From positions 1 through 51,126 of the forward strand of contig JAVECL010000112.1 in assembly GCA_051942245.1 (NCBI GenBank): a stretch of 51,126 nucleotides of DNA, given 5' to 3'. This document shows positions 1-12,557 of the stretch, one piece after another; positions within the stretch are counted from its first letter, which is position 1; the number at the start of each line of letters is the position of its first letter. The stretch is from Trypethelium eluteriae (taxonomy: Eukaryota). The notes beneath the pieces are model-generated. The model was not told the DNA's origin, did not search any database, and saw nothing but the letters and a program-made list of their open reading frames with translations. The translations under genes were made by a program, and so were the position numbers.

Positions 1-299
1 GTGTGGGCGGCTACATTCATGTGAGCGATATGCGGAATCCACCAGATTACGGGCGGATTGCGTGGCCAGAAGATATATTTGGAAGCTTGGAGGTAGATGG
101 GGAGGGGAAATTTGTGGACGGCAATGGGAGATACCAGGAGAGCGGCACGTATAGGATATGTACGAGAGAGGGAATGTTAGTGTATATCTGCTGTAAAGGA
201 AATACTGGCTAATGTTCTTTGGACAGATTGGGGTTGAGTCCGTATTTAAGGGAACGACTCGTTGCGAGACTGAAGGAATTAGAGAAGGCAACACAATGA
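1..299 (+). CDS. 3' end of a conserved fungal hypothetical protein (5' truncated by window); exons <1-175 and 227-299
   Basis: ORF GGYIHVSDMRNPPDYGRIAWPEDIFGSLEVD...GTYRICTREG. Intron 176-226 (GTTAGT...GCTAAT...CAG) joins in frame to ILGLSPYLRERLVARLKELEKATQ, stop TGA 297-299. Confidence 0.85.
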
Positions 300-2496
300 G
301 CTCGATGGCTCACCTTCCCAGACGGCCAAAGTAAGGCTCAAAATGAAGTTACACTCCAATACTTTGACGTATGCGCCTGGCAAACGGTCTTTCGTGGCAT
401 GACATTTGCTCGTCGTCATTGAAATTCTGATATTTCGCTTTCATCTTGGGGTAAGCGTTCGTTGCGCCTTCTGTGTGGGTTTATGGGAGAGCCTCCGCAT
501 ACCTTAAGAAGCGAGCATGATCTCTACCTACTATCTCAGTCTCCTTATATCCTTTTTCTTATATACCACACTTACCGGCATATTAATCTTGCTCGTCACG
601 TCTCGCATAACTCGCTTTATCATATCCTTCATTACATGTACGATATGGACCCTCGCATTACATCATTCGACTATCACGAAACAGCAATCGCAGATCCAGT
701 ATTGCCGTCTCCACTTACACCGCCACTGATCAAAAATGTCCACGGACTTCTTCGATGGCATTACACGTCAAGCGCTCCCGAATTTGTTCAATTCCGAGCA
801 GATGCGGCACATCCTCTCTTTCCCGTACCCATTTCAGAGGAAGCACTGTTTACGAACGATGGAAGATACGAGCAGACTCCCAAAACCGTTGTCAGATTGC
901 CTTGTTTTGGAGCCATTTTGGAGAAAATTTGTCGTTTCGATTATCACAGTTCACCTTACTTTCAGGCTGCAGACGGACCTCAATCTTCCTGAGGCCTTCA
1001 TGCTACAGCTCTACGTACAAAAATGTGGCGACCATACCATGACAAACAGCTACAAACGCAGACTGTACCTTCGGATGATATAAATGATAATCCCAGCTCC
1101 ACTGCGAGACTACGGCTTCCCTCGTCTGATGTTTACCACCCTCAGCTTCTCTCAAGGCTTATCGCTCCTCGAACGCTCATTAGAAAATAGCCCAATATTC
1201 GTAGCAAATCCTTGGTGCTTAACGGCTCTGGCAAGCTTTTACACCTCTGCGGCCAACTCCTCAAACCGGAGCTTGATCCCACTAGGGCCTCCCCTACGGT
1301 AGGCTCGAGACTTTTCTGAAGGCTCGTGTCGCCCGTTACGCGAGTCTCCCCGACATCTCAAATAGGGAGTATGCTAGCGGCAATTACAGTCAGAAGAGGC
1401 ATGGTCTGATACAGATGGAGGGCACATTCGGCATTCCGGAATTCACCAATAAGGTTGACGTCAGAAACCACGTTCCTGTAAGCTTGGGGTCAACAGATAT
1501 TTACCCATGGCCTCTGCATGCCATTGCATGATTATCAGTATCTCCACGCTCTCTTAGTGAAGCATTTGGAGGCCTGTCGGGTCGAAAACATTTGATCATC
1601 TACCTTAGACCGAAGAAAAACAACTTTTTAACAAGCAAAGTCTGAAACGCTGTAGAGTTGGCGTATAAAAGCAATATACGAAACACCGAAAATTTATGGA
1701 GAGGTTGGCCATCGAGTAAATGTGGAAAAGGCCTACATAACCCCCGGCCCGAGAATACAACACTGTCCGAAGGCATCAGAAAACATTCGTCGCCATTGAA
1801 CTGTGCTGTCGAAAACTGTCTATTCGTAGGCATAAAGTAGACACCATGTTAGGGAGATTAACATCTTGCTGCCATTTGTGAGGTCCTATCCTATCCCTAG
1901 AACAAGAACTTCTCCACGAGGAGGGCTTCAAATTCGTTCCTGATCTCTTTAACAGACTGGAATTGTGGCTTGTGGCTTTTGTTGCCTTGTATGCAAACTT
2001 CGTCTGAACCTCAAAGAAAAAGACGGAAGCTCGCAGGTACAAAAGGTCATCTAACGGCTCATAGCTGGCAGGAGGGAACCGCTTCATCAGTTGCACCAGC
2101 AAAAACAGCTTGAAGTTGAAACCAGGTCCACACAGATCGCTGAAATCATAGACCCGGAAATAGTCAATCGTTTGTAAGAGCTCGAACATCTGTTTTACAG
2201 ACTGGAGCATTGCAGAGAACCCAGTGTTTCAACACAGTGGTGTACCTCTGAGCATGAACAGTCAAAAGCTGAAGGAACAAGACAATTGTTTTCGGAGAAC
2301 TACAAATCTGGCTATCTTGATTTATGGAATAGAACCCGAAGCCTAGGTAGAAACAGACTTTCGCCGCTTTCGCAAGATGACAGGAGACACGGATATCAAA
2401 TCATCAGCCAGAACATATATTCTTTTTCTCATTTCATAACATTCGTTTAAGTCTCTTCCTACTCGTTCGTTCCAAAGTTACTGCGCTATTTTCTGC

Positions 2497-3620
2497 CTAA
2501 CTCGTCGGCGAAGACATCAGCAGTGACCTCACGGTAAGGTCATCGCTGATCGCCGATCCGCTTGTTGAAACCATGTTACGAGTAGGGAAACAATCTATCG
2601 CCGAGCCAGAGGTCGGAGTAGCGCAATCATTCGAAGATACCGCGCTAGAAGTGGCAGTGCGATTGCGATGTGGATAATAACATACTCCAAAAGAAGGCTG
2701 ACAACCCGTATCGCAGTTTCCGTTCCCCGAGCCACTACTTCAAATCAGCTCCACTCTATCGCCACTCCAGCAAAGGAAACAAAGCAACTCACCAGGTACC
2801 TTCCTCAGAACAACAATTTCCCCATCCGCTTCCCTGGCAGACGTAGCCCTCTTTCCCTCCACACCTCCCATCCGGACTCTGCTTGAACGGCCTCTCGTAC
2901 GGACTCGAATTTGGTTCGACATTATACGGCCTTCCCATCCTCCAGCACGTCCCAAACGCCAGGTTGCACCCTAAACCACAGAACGCATTTGTTTCGCCGC
3001 AGAAACCAGAGCAGGAGCAGCAATTGCCGAAAGGGGAGTCGAGACACGTGAGGGCAGTCGAGCCACCGCAAGAGCCGGTATATGACGTTTGGAGGGGTGG
3101 AGGGGACATGGTAGAAATAGCGGAATCAGAGGGAAGAAAAGGGACCGGGGATGGAGTAGAGAGAGTGCAGTTTCCGTAGAGACATTGCTGGGAGCTGCAG
3201 AATGAAGGGGTGAAGCCGCAGTAGCCGGACGTACTGCAGCAAGAGCCAAAGAGGGAGTCTACGCAGGTATATCCTAGACTATGTGTCAGTGGTAATGCAG
3301 ACTGGCTGAGTAGTGGCACCGTGTGGAGACAAGAAAGAAAGAGATGGCGTACCCACATCTGCGCCGCACCGACCATCTGGGCTTGTGACTGCCGGGGTTG
3401 CGAACGGAAGGGTTGACTGTGAGTATGGGTTACTCGAGCTTGACGATATGACTACAATGCTCGAACTACTGCTGGATTTTGTGGTATTGGTGCAGGCATC
3501 CCCATAACCACAATACCCGTATGGGGAACAGCAAAGATCAGGGGCGCAAGACAAGTTGAAGTTGTAGATTCCACAGGAGCTATTAGAGGAAAAGTTCAAA
3601 GGTGAGGTCAAGGCCACCAT
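2497..3620 (-). CDS. Chitin-binding protein with four hevein/CBM18 modules and Ser/Thr/Pro linkers; exons 3620-3353, 3273-2793, 2734-2497; true start uncertain
   Basis: Four C-G-x-C-x-CCS-x-G-x-CG-x-C modules (CCSPYGYCG, CCSTSGYCG, CCSCSGFCG, CCSEEGTCG). Canonical introns 3352-3274 (GTACGC...CTGAC...TAG) and 2792-2735 (GTGAGT...CTGAT...TAG) complete modules 2 and 4 in frame. Stop TAG 2499-2497. Confidence 0.85.
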
Positions 3621-4481
3621 TGCGAAATTTGATGCGGCAGTCTCTCTGAGCGAAACGTCAATGTTCAGGTCCTGATTGTAGAGAAACAATTATGACCGAT
3701 TGAAAAGCTCAAATCATGAAATGTAGGTGCGTGGGGCCGAGTTTTGTGAAAATACAGTGGCTAAAAGTAAACAAACCTGGAATGAAGCATGTTGCGGGCA
3801 TTCAAGTGAGCGCACCAGTACGAAAGTATGGACGAAACCTGTTTATTCGGTGTCGAATCCTCTTCCTGAGAACCTTCATCAGGTTTTCTCTCTCATAGTT
3901 TGTTCCCTTCTCCTGAACGGCAAGCCACAGCTGCAGCACATAATCGGTCGGTTGCTGTATCTTTCGTATCTTCATTGATCCCTTTCTGATTCTACTCTTC
4001 AACGTTAGGTACAGGAGAAAAGCCAGAGAGCCTCCATGGGTTCAATTCAGCGACTCTTCGTTTCTTGGTCTTCAGCAGTCAATACTGAGAATCTGCATTG
4101 ACGCTTCATTCACTCCAGCTGCGGTGCAGTCTGGCAAGGAGTAACGGATGGTTGTATGGAACCATTGGTGGTCGTTCCTAGTGAACTCTAGCTGGAGCAA
4201 CTCCCGGGCAGTCGTTTGTCCTTGCTGAGTCTGAGACTGCACCCAGAGCTGATCCAATAGTCTTCGTGACGTGACTTATCGATTGTGGCGTATGAAATGA
4301 TATAAGATCCCAACCATCCGTCTGTTCGATTCACATGGACAGCAGTGTGTCAGTTGAAGCCAGTGTCTCCCAGCTTCACGTGGTCACTGAGTCACCTTTT
4401 AACGTAACCTTAAAAAGCCTCCCGACCTCCCTATATCCAGCTTGGCTGCTTCATCCGCAAAGTAACAACCCGCACATCAAC

Positions 4482-5333
4482 ATGAGCTCCCCAAACAACA
4501 TCACTGAGTCATATCTTGGGGCTGAGCTGAACCTTGAAGACACGGCTCGTCTCGTCAGTCAGCTTCGGTCAGGGATTCCGAAAAAAATTGACAGTAAGTT
4601 TGCGAAGCTGTTCGAGGAAAACGAAGCTTTGAAACACCGGGTGGAGGTCCTCGAAGCCGATCACATCCAACACAGAAAAAGTACCGACCGACGATTTGAA
4701 CGCGAGCGTGTCGATGTGCAACTCGAAATCAGCCGTAATATCGCAGCTCTCGATGCGACGCTCGAAGACAAAGAACAGGACAATGACGTGCAAGCAAGTA
4801 CCTCCGATTTGCCCCTTTCCAATGCTGATCGCAGTTCAGTATCCGCATCAGACGATGCATCACATAATCGCGCAGGAGTAAAGATGAAGATCGAGTCGCT
4901 GAAGCAAGAAATTGCGGGTGCAGCGGCATCAATCTTCAACGAGCCTGTACAAGTGACAGCGCGGACACACAAGCATTGGCACAACTCTGGCAATGTTCTC
5001 GAGTGCTTCATTGCATTCATCAGTGGCGTTCGCTTTTTCCAAGATCGTCTCAAGATTCTGGTCGTCGGACCTCCTGAGCTCACGGAATTAGGCGCACTTC
5101 AGGGACTGAAGGATATGGTAAAGGAGAATTACGAAGCCGCTAATTTTCCATCCAGCACAGGAGTTTCTAGCGATACCTCAAGTGAGTCGTCCAGAGACAA
5201 CCGCGTCACTCCTTCAAATTCGAGTGACGATCAGTCTGATTCCGACGCAGAACCATCATCGAGCCTTGACCGCGACTCAGTTGAACGCGACGATTCTGGC
5301 CACCCAAGGAAAGGTAGTTTGCGACCTATATGA
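4482..5333 (+). CDS. Hypothetical protein with N-terminal coiled-coil-like segment and Ser/Asp-rich tail (start may be 4335)
   Basis: Part of a 332-codon stop-free ORF. ATG 4482 is in ATCAAC-ATG context. Heptad-like LFEENEALKHRVEVLE. No family recognised. Confidence 0.55.
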   Translation: MSSPNNITESYLGAELNLEDTARLVSQLRSGIPKKIDSKFAKLFEENEALKHRVEVLEADHIQHRKSTDRRFERERVDVQLEISRNIAALDATLEDKEQDNDVQASTSDLPLSNADRSSVSASDDASHNRAGVKMKIESLKQEIAGAAASIFNEPVQVTARTHKHWHNSGNVLECFIAFISGVRFFQDRLKILVVGPPELTELGALQGLKDMVKENYEAANFPSSTGVSSDTSSESSRDNRVTPSNSSDDQSDSDAEPSSSLDRDSVERDDSGHPRKGSLRPI

Positions 5334-6165
5334 CTGCAAGGGACCTGTTCGAAAAAGAAGGGGTTTTTTATTTCCAGCGATCTCGATTTCAGTTTCTTGC
5401 AGTAGGAGTTTGAGAAGAGTGGGATCTGATAACGGTCTTCCTTGAATTAGTTTTCACATATTAGATGATCTGGCTCCTGCTATCCCCTAAACTCAATGGT
5501 AGTAGTCAGCAGTTAGGTTCTGAAAGATCACCAATGAACTCACTAGAACGGTTTCTCATTCTGCAGTTCTATCCCTCGTAACCGCAATTGATGTTCACAG
5601 AATAATGTCTCGAATGGTGGGTGAAGAGTGTCTGTAGATTCAGTGCCCTAATACCACTTTTATCAAACATTCGCCAACTATATGATTGTTTGACATACGG
5701 CTCTACGCTAATTTTTATAGATGTGTAGTAGGCAAGATCTTTTCTCCCGCAATTTAAGCTTCCGACAGGGCGATGACAGTAGTAAAGAGCGTATTCTTAC
5801 TCATAGTATCACTGTATTCAGGGTTTTAATCTCCTTGGAGGACATTGACACATTTTGTGTTCACTTCAGAAGTGAGCTCTCGGTAACACTCCAGTAAGAC
5901 AATGGTGAGATAGGGCAGCGATGATGGAGATAAATAGTCCAGGCTTCGGGAGTACATCTCTATGACCAAAGACGGGAATGAACGTGAATTGAGGTAAGAA
6001 AGAGCTTACAGCTTTCTGCAGACCGTATCAGCTGTGTCTTGCTTGAAGTACGCAGGTTATGTACAAATCACAAAAGCAGTTACCTGAGGCATGTATAGCT
6101 ACGAGCCTTGTGAACCGAAAGCATGCATCAAATGACACAGCATTTTGTCGGTACTGGCAAAGGTA

Positions 6166-6255
6166 CCACTAAGGAAGCCGAATTCTCAGACAAAGAAGAT
6201 ATACGTTCTCCACTAAGGAAGCCGAGTTCTCAGACAAAGAAGATATACGCTCTCC
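6166..6255. repeat. 44-bp direct tandem duplication (2 copies)
   Basis: CCACTAAGGAAGCCGA(A/G)TTCTCAGACAAAGAAGATATACG(T/C)TCT at 6166 and 6210; 42/44 identical, both differences are transitions. Confidence 0.95.
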
Positions 6256-7211
6256 GCTTACGAGACGTAACATCCGCCCCATCAACCCTAATCCATTCCT
6301 GAGAGACATTGAAAAGACTCGTACGCATCCAAGAGAGGACGGACCAATTGCAATTCCCACAAAAGAAAAGCCTTTGACAGAATTTCGAAGTCAGACCTCC
6401 GTCCTCTGGCTCAAAAATGCCGACCTCACCAAGCAGCACGGTCGCGGCACCCGTGACGGGCGACAGTCTTCAAGTCATCGTGCTGGTCACGTCAACAGAA
6501 GAAATCTACCTTGAGGATAAGGGTTATGCGAATCAATGTGAGTGAGATGTCAATGCATTGACTCCCAGCAAGGACACTTATATTGTGGGTAGATTCATCG
6601 ACGGACACCTTCCAGGGAATCGTCATGCTTCCACGCGCTCCCTGGACCACCGAAGTCGACATCACATTGAATAGTGGACAAGTACATGGAACGCTGAAGC
6701 TTAGCCGACTCGGCCACGGGATGGCTTGGAAGCGATTGATTGGGGCGATTAGAGAGGTATGGATATTCCAAGATTCTCCGAAAAGATCAGACAAAGCCTC
6801 CCGTGTTGGGCGCTTCCTACCTCAATGAGATGGTCTTTATTCCATCGCTGTTGGCATGTCGTTGTCAATGCAGTTGTCGGGTCAGAATCGCAATTTTAGA
6901 GTATGCTGTCCTTGAACTTCAGCTTGAATACCTACCCAGGGGCCAGGCAGGCAAGATGAGATATCAGGTGTGGAGTACTGAGGTGTGATCATCTGCCTTC
7001 CGTCTTAGTAGTACCGAGGTTCACGTGATAGCGCGCTTGCCGCCACTCAGCGCGTCGCCCAATCACCAGATCGTTTGGCCTTGTAGAGTACTTTAGTGAA
7101 CACCAGGGAAGAATCATGAAATCACGAAGCGTATCAGCCCAATCGTATGCGACGGCTCCAGAATCGCCAATGAAGTCACCGGCTGATACTTCAATATCTT
7201 CATGTCCTAAC

Positions 7212-8972
7212 ATGCCAGCAACCAAGTATGGACCAGCGAAACAACTTCCGTTCGAGCTTCGGGAACACTGTGGCATCTACCTGGAAGAGCAACTCTGTTG
7301 GTGCTTTGCTCTAGCAATTATTAATATCTGCACACTAACGCTTCAAAGACTCTCAAGCTTTCAATTTTCTAAATTCGCTCCTTGTATCAGGGACGTCGTC
7401 CTCAACCCCAGAGCATTCAGTTCCCGTGCATGTACCCACGACACAACAGTTATCCCTTGCAGCCACGCTTGTAGTTCACCCATCGCGAACCACTCGAGCG
7501 GCACCGGCAGAAGGCAATCGGGCCGCAAATGAAGCTTTACGCCTTCTTCGTCAAGTGAATACTATTGTTGGTCCTCTTAATGCCAATTTCGCTGCTGCCT
7601 TTGCATTCCCGTCACTGAGCCACGGACGCCTACGTACGTGGAGGAACAGCACAAATATTTCAGACACATTACCGTCCTATCCCAACGATGGAGACATTAA
7701 CACTGAGATTGCTAATACAGGTTCCGTCTGGCATCGCGCAGAAGATTTCTGGCACGTTGTCGGCTGGGCTCTCAATTGTTCTGTAGCCTGGAAGCTGAGA
7801 TGGCAAAGATGGGAGCTCTGGCTCGATTTCATGCTGACTGTGCTCAACGACGACTTTGACGAAAGGTTAGAGCAGGCGAAACAGGCTGAAAATGGACACG
7901 ATGCTCAAGATCTACTCAAAGAGAGCCTAATCTTACAAAATCTTCTTTCCTGCAACAATCGCACGGCTCGGCGAAGGGTCATGCGTGCTATCTTTGCTGA
8001 TGGTGATGTAAGATCCTTGAACGAGTTCAAAGAAGTATTCAAAAATGAGACCAAAGAGCGCAAACCGACGGAGACCAATACTGTAGACAGAAAAGCTAAA
8101 AAGCTGAACATTGACGAAGGCGAATTTGCAGATTACATCGATGATGATGACGATGATGAAGACGATGAAGTCGCTGAAGGCGGCAATGCCCAACCGAGTC
8201 CAGACAGACCAACGACAACAGCAGATGCGGGGAATCGTGGGTCCACGACTACTATTGGTTCGAACTCGGACGATTTAGAATGGTCTGGCAACGAACTTAT
8301 CAATGCACTGGACAGACTTGGCGGAATGGCTTCAATATCACATCGTCAGCGGCTTCTAGCATTGGTTTGTTTGCCTACCTCCTACAGTTGCATGATGATC
8401 TTGTGAAAGAAAGAATTGACTAACGCAATTTGCAGCTCAGCAAGGTAGCAGAGACGACGCCGGCCTGCTTCATCACGCTTGAGGACCTCCTGGATCTCTT
8501 TACAGAATTCATCCGCCCTCTTCCAACTCCTCTCCTATCTATGTTCGTATCTCCCCCATCACACTACCTGTCAAACCATGTACAAGCCAGCTTGAATCGG
8601 ACCCTGCTCCGGCCGCTGCTTGGCCTTTCAGATAGCGGCGTCGACACCACGCAGCTAGACCAAGCCCACTTAGAAAATGATTATCTTCCTCGGAAGGCCA
8701 ATTCCACAACCGTGTCAGACAACGCCAAGGTGTCTTTGCTTGTTGAGGGTCTTTTGCGAAGCCTTCTTAACCGCGGTGATCTGCATTTGACGATGACACT
8801 GCAAAGAGCAACTGAATGGGGCGTCGAGGCCCGTCGAACTTGTATGGATTGGGATGGGCGGAAAAGGACTACTGAAAGGAGACAGGAGGAAGAGTGGAGC
8901 GAGATGGTGCTAGAGATGAGTGCAGCACGGATCACTGCTGTTCTAGACGCCTTGAACGATGGTGAAATATGA
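7212..8972 (+). CDS. Conserved Pezizomycotina hypothetical protein, helical with an acidic loop; exons 7212-7296, 7349-8364, 8436-8972 (alternative start 7116)
   Basis: Three ORFs joined in frame by introns 7297-7348 (GTTGGT...CTAAC...AAG) and 8365-8435 (GTTTGT...CTAAC...CAG). Trp-rich block AEDFWHVVGWALNCS...RWQRWELWLDFML. Confidence 0.85.
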
Positions 8973-9378
8973 GACAATTGTCGAATGCCATAGTGAACAA
9001 AGCTAATATTTGAAAGGAGCCATGACGCCACGCGGCCGGGAGAGCAGTTCGATCTCTGAAATGACAGAATTCGAGAGTGCGCCTTCTTCCGCCCAGGAGC
9101 AACGCGCCTTAATCAAATAGCACAGTTCGACGCCTGGTATACTACGAAACACTGGTACCCGACCTTGGTTTCCGCCTGAAAGGAAAAAAAAAGCATCAAA
9201 AAAAGCATTAGCCAAGACCTTCAAACCTCCGATGCCTTGCGGCGCCCTTTAAACCCGAGTCTTGCCAAACACCAAGTACGGACAACTCCAGTATACAAGC
9301 AAAGCAACGCGAAAGAGTTTCAGCTCCTGCCGATCCGTGCAACAAATCCGTGCGTCGTACCTACAGAATCCTTCGGTA

Positions 9379-10500
9379 TTACTCAGGAGGCAACTTTGGC
9401 CGGATTACAACAGTAGCCATAGCCACAAGGGCAAGTCCCGCACACAAAACTTTGCGGCGAGTACTTGGCTCGTTCTTTGGTAAATCACGTTTCTGTCCAG
9501 CTGCTTCGGCGTTGGGTGTTCCCTTCTCAGCTCTATCAACATCTGAACTGAAATCGGCCGGTCCCCTAATACGCAGCTGAAGCCCGCGCGCTTCGACACC
9601 AGACATCGCCGTACCCCTGACAGGATTGGCTTCATTTAAGTCTATGGTGGACCGGGACATTTCAACATCTGCATTCAGTTCCTCTGGTGAAGACACCTTT
9701 GTGTTGAGATGCCCGTTGCTGGTTTTCTTGAGAAGTAATGCATGGGGTACCTTGCCGACTGGGTTTGACCACCTGCCGCTTGACGCGTGAGACGATACAT
9801 CGGAACCTGAATCAGCCCGATTCGATGAGAGTTGAGTTGAGCCGGTGCTAGCCCTTTTCAAGGAAGACATCGAGCGATTGGCCGGAGTGCTTGACCGGGA
9901 CTGAGCAGCTGCCACATTGGGAGACGGAAAGGTCGGTGATGGATCCTTGACTGATGAGATAAAAGCGACTTTAGAAGATGAGGCGCTGGATCTCTTTGGT
10001 GCCGAGGGTTGGAATCGTATAACTTCCACTTCTGGATTGTCGCCCAGAGTCGTTTGAACTACTTTCGACGAATCTGATTCTAGGCTGCTTCGCCTATGCA
10101 TGGTGTCCTCCTGAACCGTCTGCCTTCTCATGTGGCTTCCATCCTTCGACTCGACCCCATTTTGTTTCGTTTCAGTAACGTCGAATACGGATGTCGGCGC
10201 CGTACTGACTGACGCTGAAGACTCTACAGCGGTATCGTCTCGTGGAGTGGATTTGGTAGCTGTGGAAGACGATGCATGAACAGCGATACTTGGTATGTCA
10301 TCATGCTCAACGGGAGTGGGAAACACTTCGGAGGCGCGGGCTCGGATAGTTGCTGCTGCGGAGACAGTGGAGTTCACGTCCATCGCGAGTTCAGACGAAT
10401 CGGAGCCCACACGATGGACCATAGTCGATTCAAGTTCTACACAAGTACAATCGTGAGAACCATGACGAAGAGTAAACACAGAGCATCGCGGGGATCTCAC
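9379..10500 (-). CDS. Hypothetical Ser/Thr-rich, probably disordered protein with a C-terminal hydrophobic segment (possible tail anchor)
   Basis: 373-codon ORF ending RRKVLCAGLALVAMATVVIRPKLPPE. The ORF-track start is not ATG, so the real start or upstream exons are unresolved. Confidence 0.55.
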   Translation of the reverse strand: MRSPRCSVFTLRHGSHDCTCVELESTMVHRVGSDSSELAMDVNSTVSAAATIRARASEVFPTPVEHDDIPSIAVHASSSTATKSTPRDDTAVESSASVSTAPTSVFDVTETKQNGVESKDGSHMRRQTVQEDTMHRRSSLESDSSKVVQTTLGDNPEVEVIRFQPSAPKRSSASSSKVAFISSVKDPSPTFPSPNVAAAQSRSSTPANRSMSSLKRASTGSTQLSSNRADSGSDVSSHASSGRWSNPVGKVPHALLLKKTSNGHLNTKVSSPEELNADVEMSRSTIDLNEANPVRGTAMSGVEARGLQLRIRGPADFSSDVDRAEKGTPNAEAAGQKRDLPKNEPSTRRKVLCAGLALVAMATVVIRPKLPPE

Positions 10501-11801
10501 GGCGTTTGGCCATGTCTGACGCTACACTTCAAACCCCCGATAATGGATAGGTAGACTGATCGGAGCTGGAAGTTGAGTACGACGAAACTGACTCGTGAGG
10601 ACCGACAATAAGCAAACAAGGGCAAGCGCAGCAATGCTGCAGTCGATGGGACAATGGCAAGCAATCGAAGGAGCAGGCAGCAAAAGTAATGGAACAAATG
10701 CGAAGCGGAGAGGCAGCGATTTGACAAGGACAGGAGGGCTCGAACTTGAAGGACCACAGATCAATACGACCTTCGCGCGACGCAGCAGCAGCAGGTTCGC
10801 CGGCGGGTTTTAGAAGCTCGATCGAGCTTGAGCAGACGACGCCTTTTCTGCTGTACCCATGCAGTCATCATGGTGGCTTGGCGTGCTTGGACATGTCGAA
10901 TCCCAATCCATTTGCGGGACCCCTGCTCGGGGGGCAGCTGCACTCGTTACCCCTCCTTATCCTTAGTCCTTGTCCCAGAGGCCGCGTTGCAAAATTTTCC
11001 CTGTCTCCTGGGGTCGCCCGCATAATTGGGACTATATCGCGGTCAATCGACTTTACGAATGGCTCCAGCAAAGTCGCAATTGGAAATAATGCAAAACGAG
11101 CTTGGGGAACATGTTCGCGCAGATTTAGGGCGGCGCCACAGACCGCTAAATTCCGCCAAGCCACCCCTGAGTCTCATTTTATTGGCACTGCCCCGCGCGT
11201 CATTCCTCGCGTGACACGACAGGCTGCTCTCGCACGAAGGTGGATGGAAGAGAACATTCTGACCGCTTGACTGCCACGCGTGTGGCTTGCAACGCCCGTT
11301 CGATCATCTGGCCATGGACATGTCGTGAGTCCGCTCATTGCAAAGTTTGGGAAAACATCCGATAACCTCCAGGACACCTTTAGAAGAACTGCGAGAATTT
11401 CGAGGCTGGGATTAGCCTCACGGACGATCGTGACCTGCCCTGCCACCATAGATCCCACAAGGATCAACAAGATGGCTCCATCTTTTCATGGAACCCCAGC
11501 TCATTCTCCGGTCCCATCCGGACCTAATCAAACTTAATCTCGATAGCCCTATTGTGTAACGAGTGAAAGGCTTGTTTAGACTACTTCGAAAGCCTTGTTT
11601 TATTCGCATAAGCTTGCCGTTGCGAGTAGCAAGATGGGCAAGGCGGACGATCTAACTTCTCGATATCTATCAAAGCGATCTCGCTTGTTGGAAAATATTG
11701 AAGCACACAAAAAAAAAAAGTCTGATCCCTGGAACACCAGTTTTTTTCTGCGATTCGCGCGGGTTACCCAGCCGCGTTCGTCAATCCTTCAGTCCTCCGC
11801 G

Positions 11802-12557
11802 TTAAGTGCCGCACCGTCTACACATTTGCTCAATCACTGCAATCACTTCTTCTTCTTTCAGAACCTGCTCTGCCGGGAACTGGGACCCAATAATTTCCAA
11901 TAGTGATACTGAGGAAGCGTCTCGTAGCTCGACATTTTCAAGAAGCCGAGATAGGTGCCAAGCTGCTAGGCCGACTTCTGTGTTCGGATGCTGGGCTGGT
12001 GAAGGCCAGCGCGGGTCGTTTGACGTTGAGCTCGGCGCTGTCTGGCCTCGGGCGTTCTGCCGGTCCACACTTGGATCCGTGAGGTCGGATGCCGTCGGCG
12101 CAATGTCAAAGGATTTGGAAGATGACTTTTTAGACGAGGAACATGAACCTGCTGTGGAAGCTTGCGCTCTCGCCATGGCGAACTTCCCCGGGGGTGACTC
12201 GAGCGATGCGCGACGATCACTGTTAGCATCACGGATCTCTTTCGGTTTCGGACTTTCCATGCGTCGATTGGTGCTCTGAGGAGTAGGAGGAGTCTCGAAC
12301 GTCTCGTAGCCAGTACTCGATTGCGTGACTGTGGAAGCCATACGGTGATTCTGGACACGCGCGATATCGTTTTCATCAAAGACTGGCAGGAAATTGCAAG
12401 AAGAGGCAGTGCCTCTCAGGCCATCAGTATAAAAAACGTTTCTATGGCTGTGCAGGGTTGATCGAGTCTCCAAGGCTCGGCCGGAACGGTTAGCTACGAG
12501 AACATCAATCAGCAAAGTCAACACGCTCGGTAAAAGTTGAGACTGACCGGCTGCCAT
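11802..12557 (-). CDS. Hypothetical low-complexity protein
   Basis: 251-codon ATG-initiated ORF, Ser/Pro-rich with a helical-looking C-terminus. No family recognised. Confidence 0.4.
   Translation of the reverse strand: MAAGQSQLLPSVLTLLIDVLVANRSGRALETRSTLHSHRNVFYTDGLRGTASSCNFLPVFDENDIARVQNHRMASTVTQSSTGYETFETPPTPQSTNRRMESPKPKEIRDANSDRRASLESPPGKFAMARAQASTAGSCSSSKKSSSKSFDIAPTASDLTDPSVDRQNARGQTAPSSTSNDPRWPSPAQHPNTEVGLAAWHLSRLLENVELRDASSVSLLEIIGSQFPAEQVLKEEEVIAVIEQMCRRCGT

Noticed and set aside
462..2210. ORFs 462-992 (+) and 1776-2210 (-)
   Set aside because: No recognisable motif or convincing splice structure. They may be gene relics, but I cannot support a call.
4300..4340. GTTCGATTC T-loop-like motif (also GGTTCAATTC at about 4039)
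   Set aside because: No acceptor stem, D-arm or A-box could be built, so not a tRNA.
6166..6255. Direct repeat considered as a CRISPR array
   Set aside because: Only two abutting copies, no spacers, no cas genes, and a eukaryotic context.
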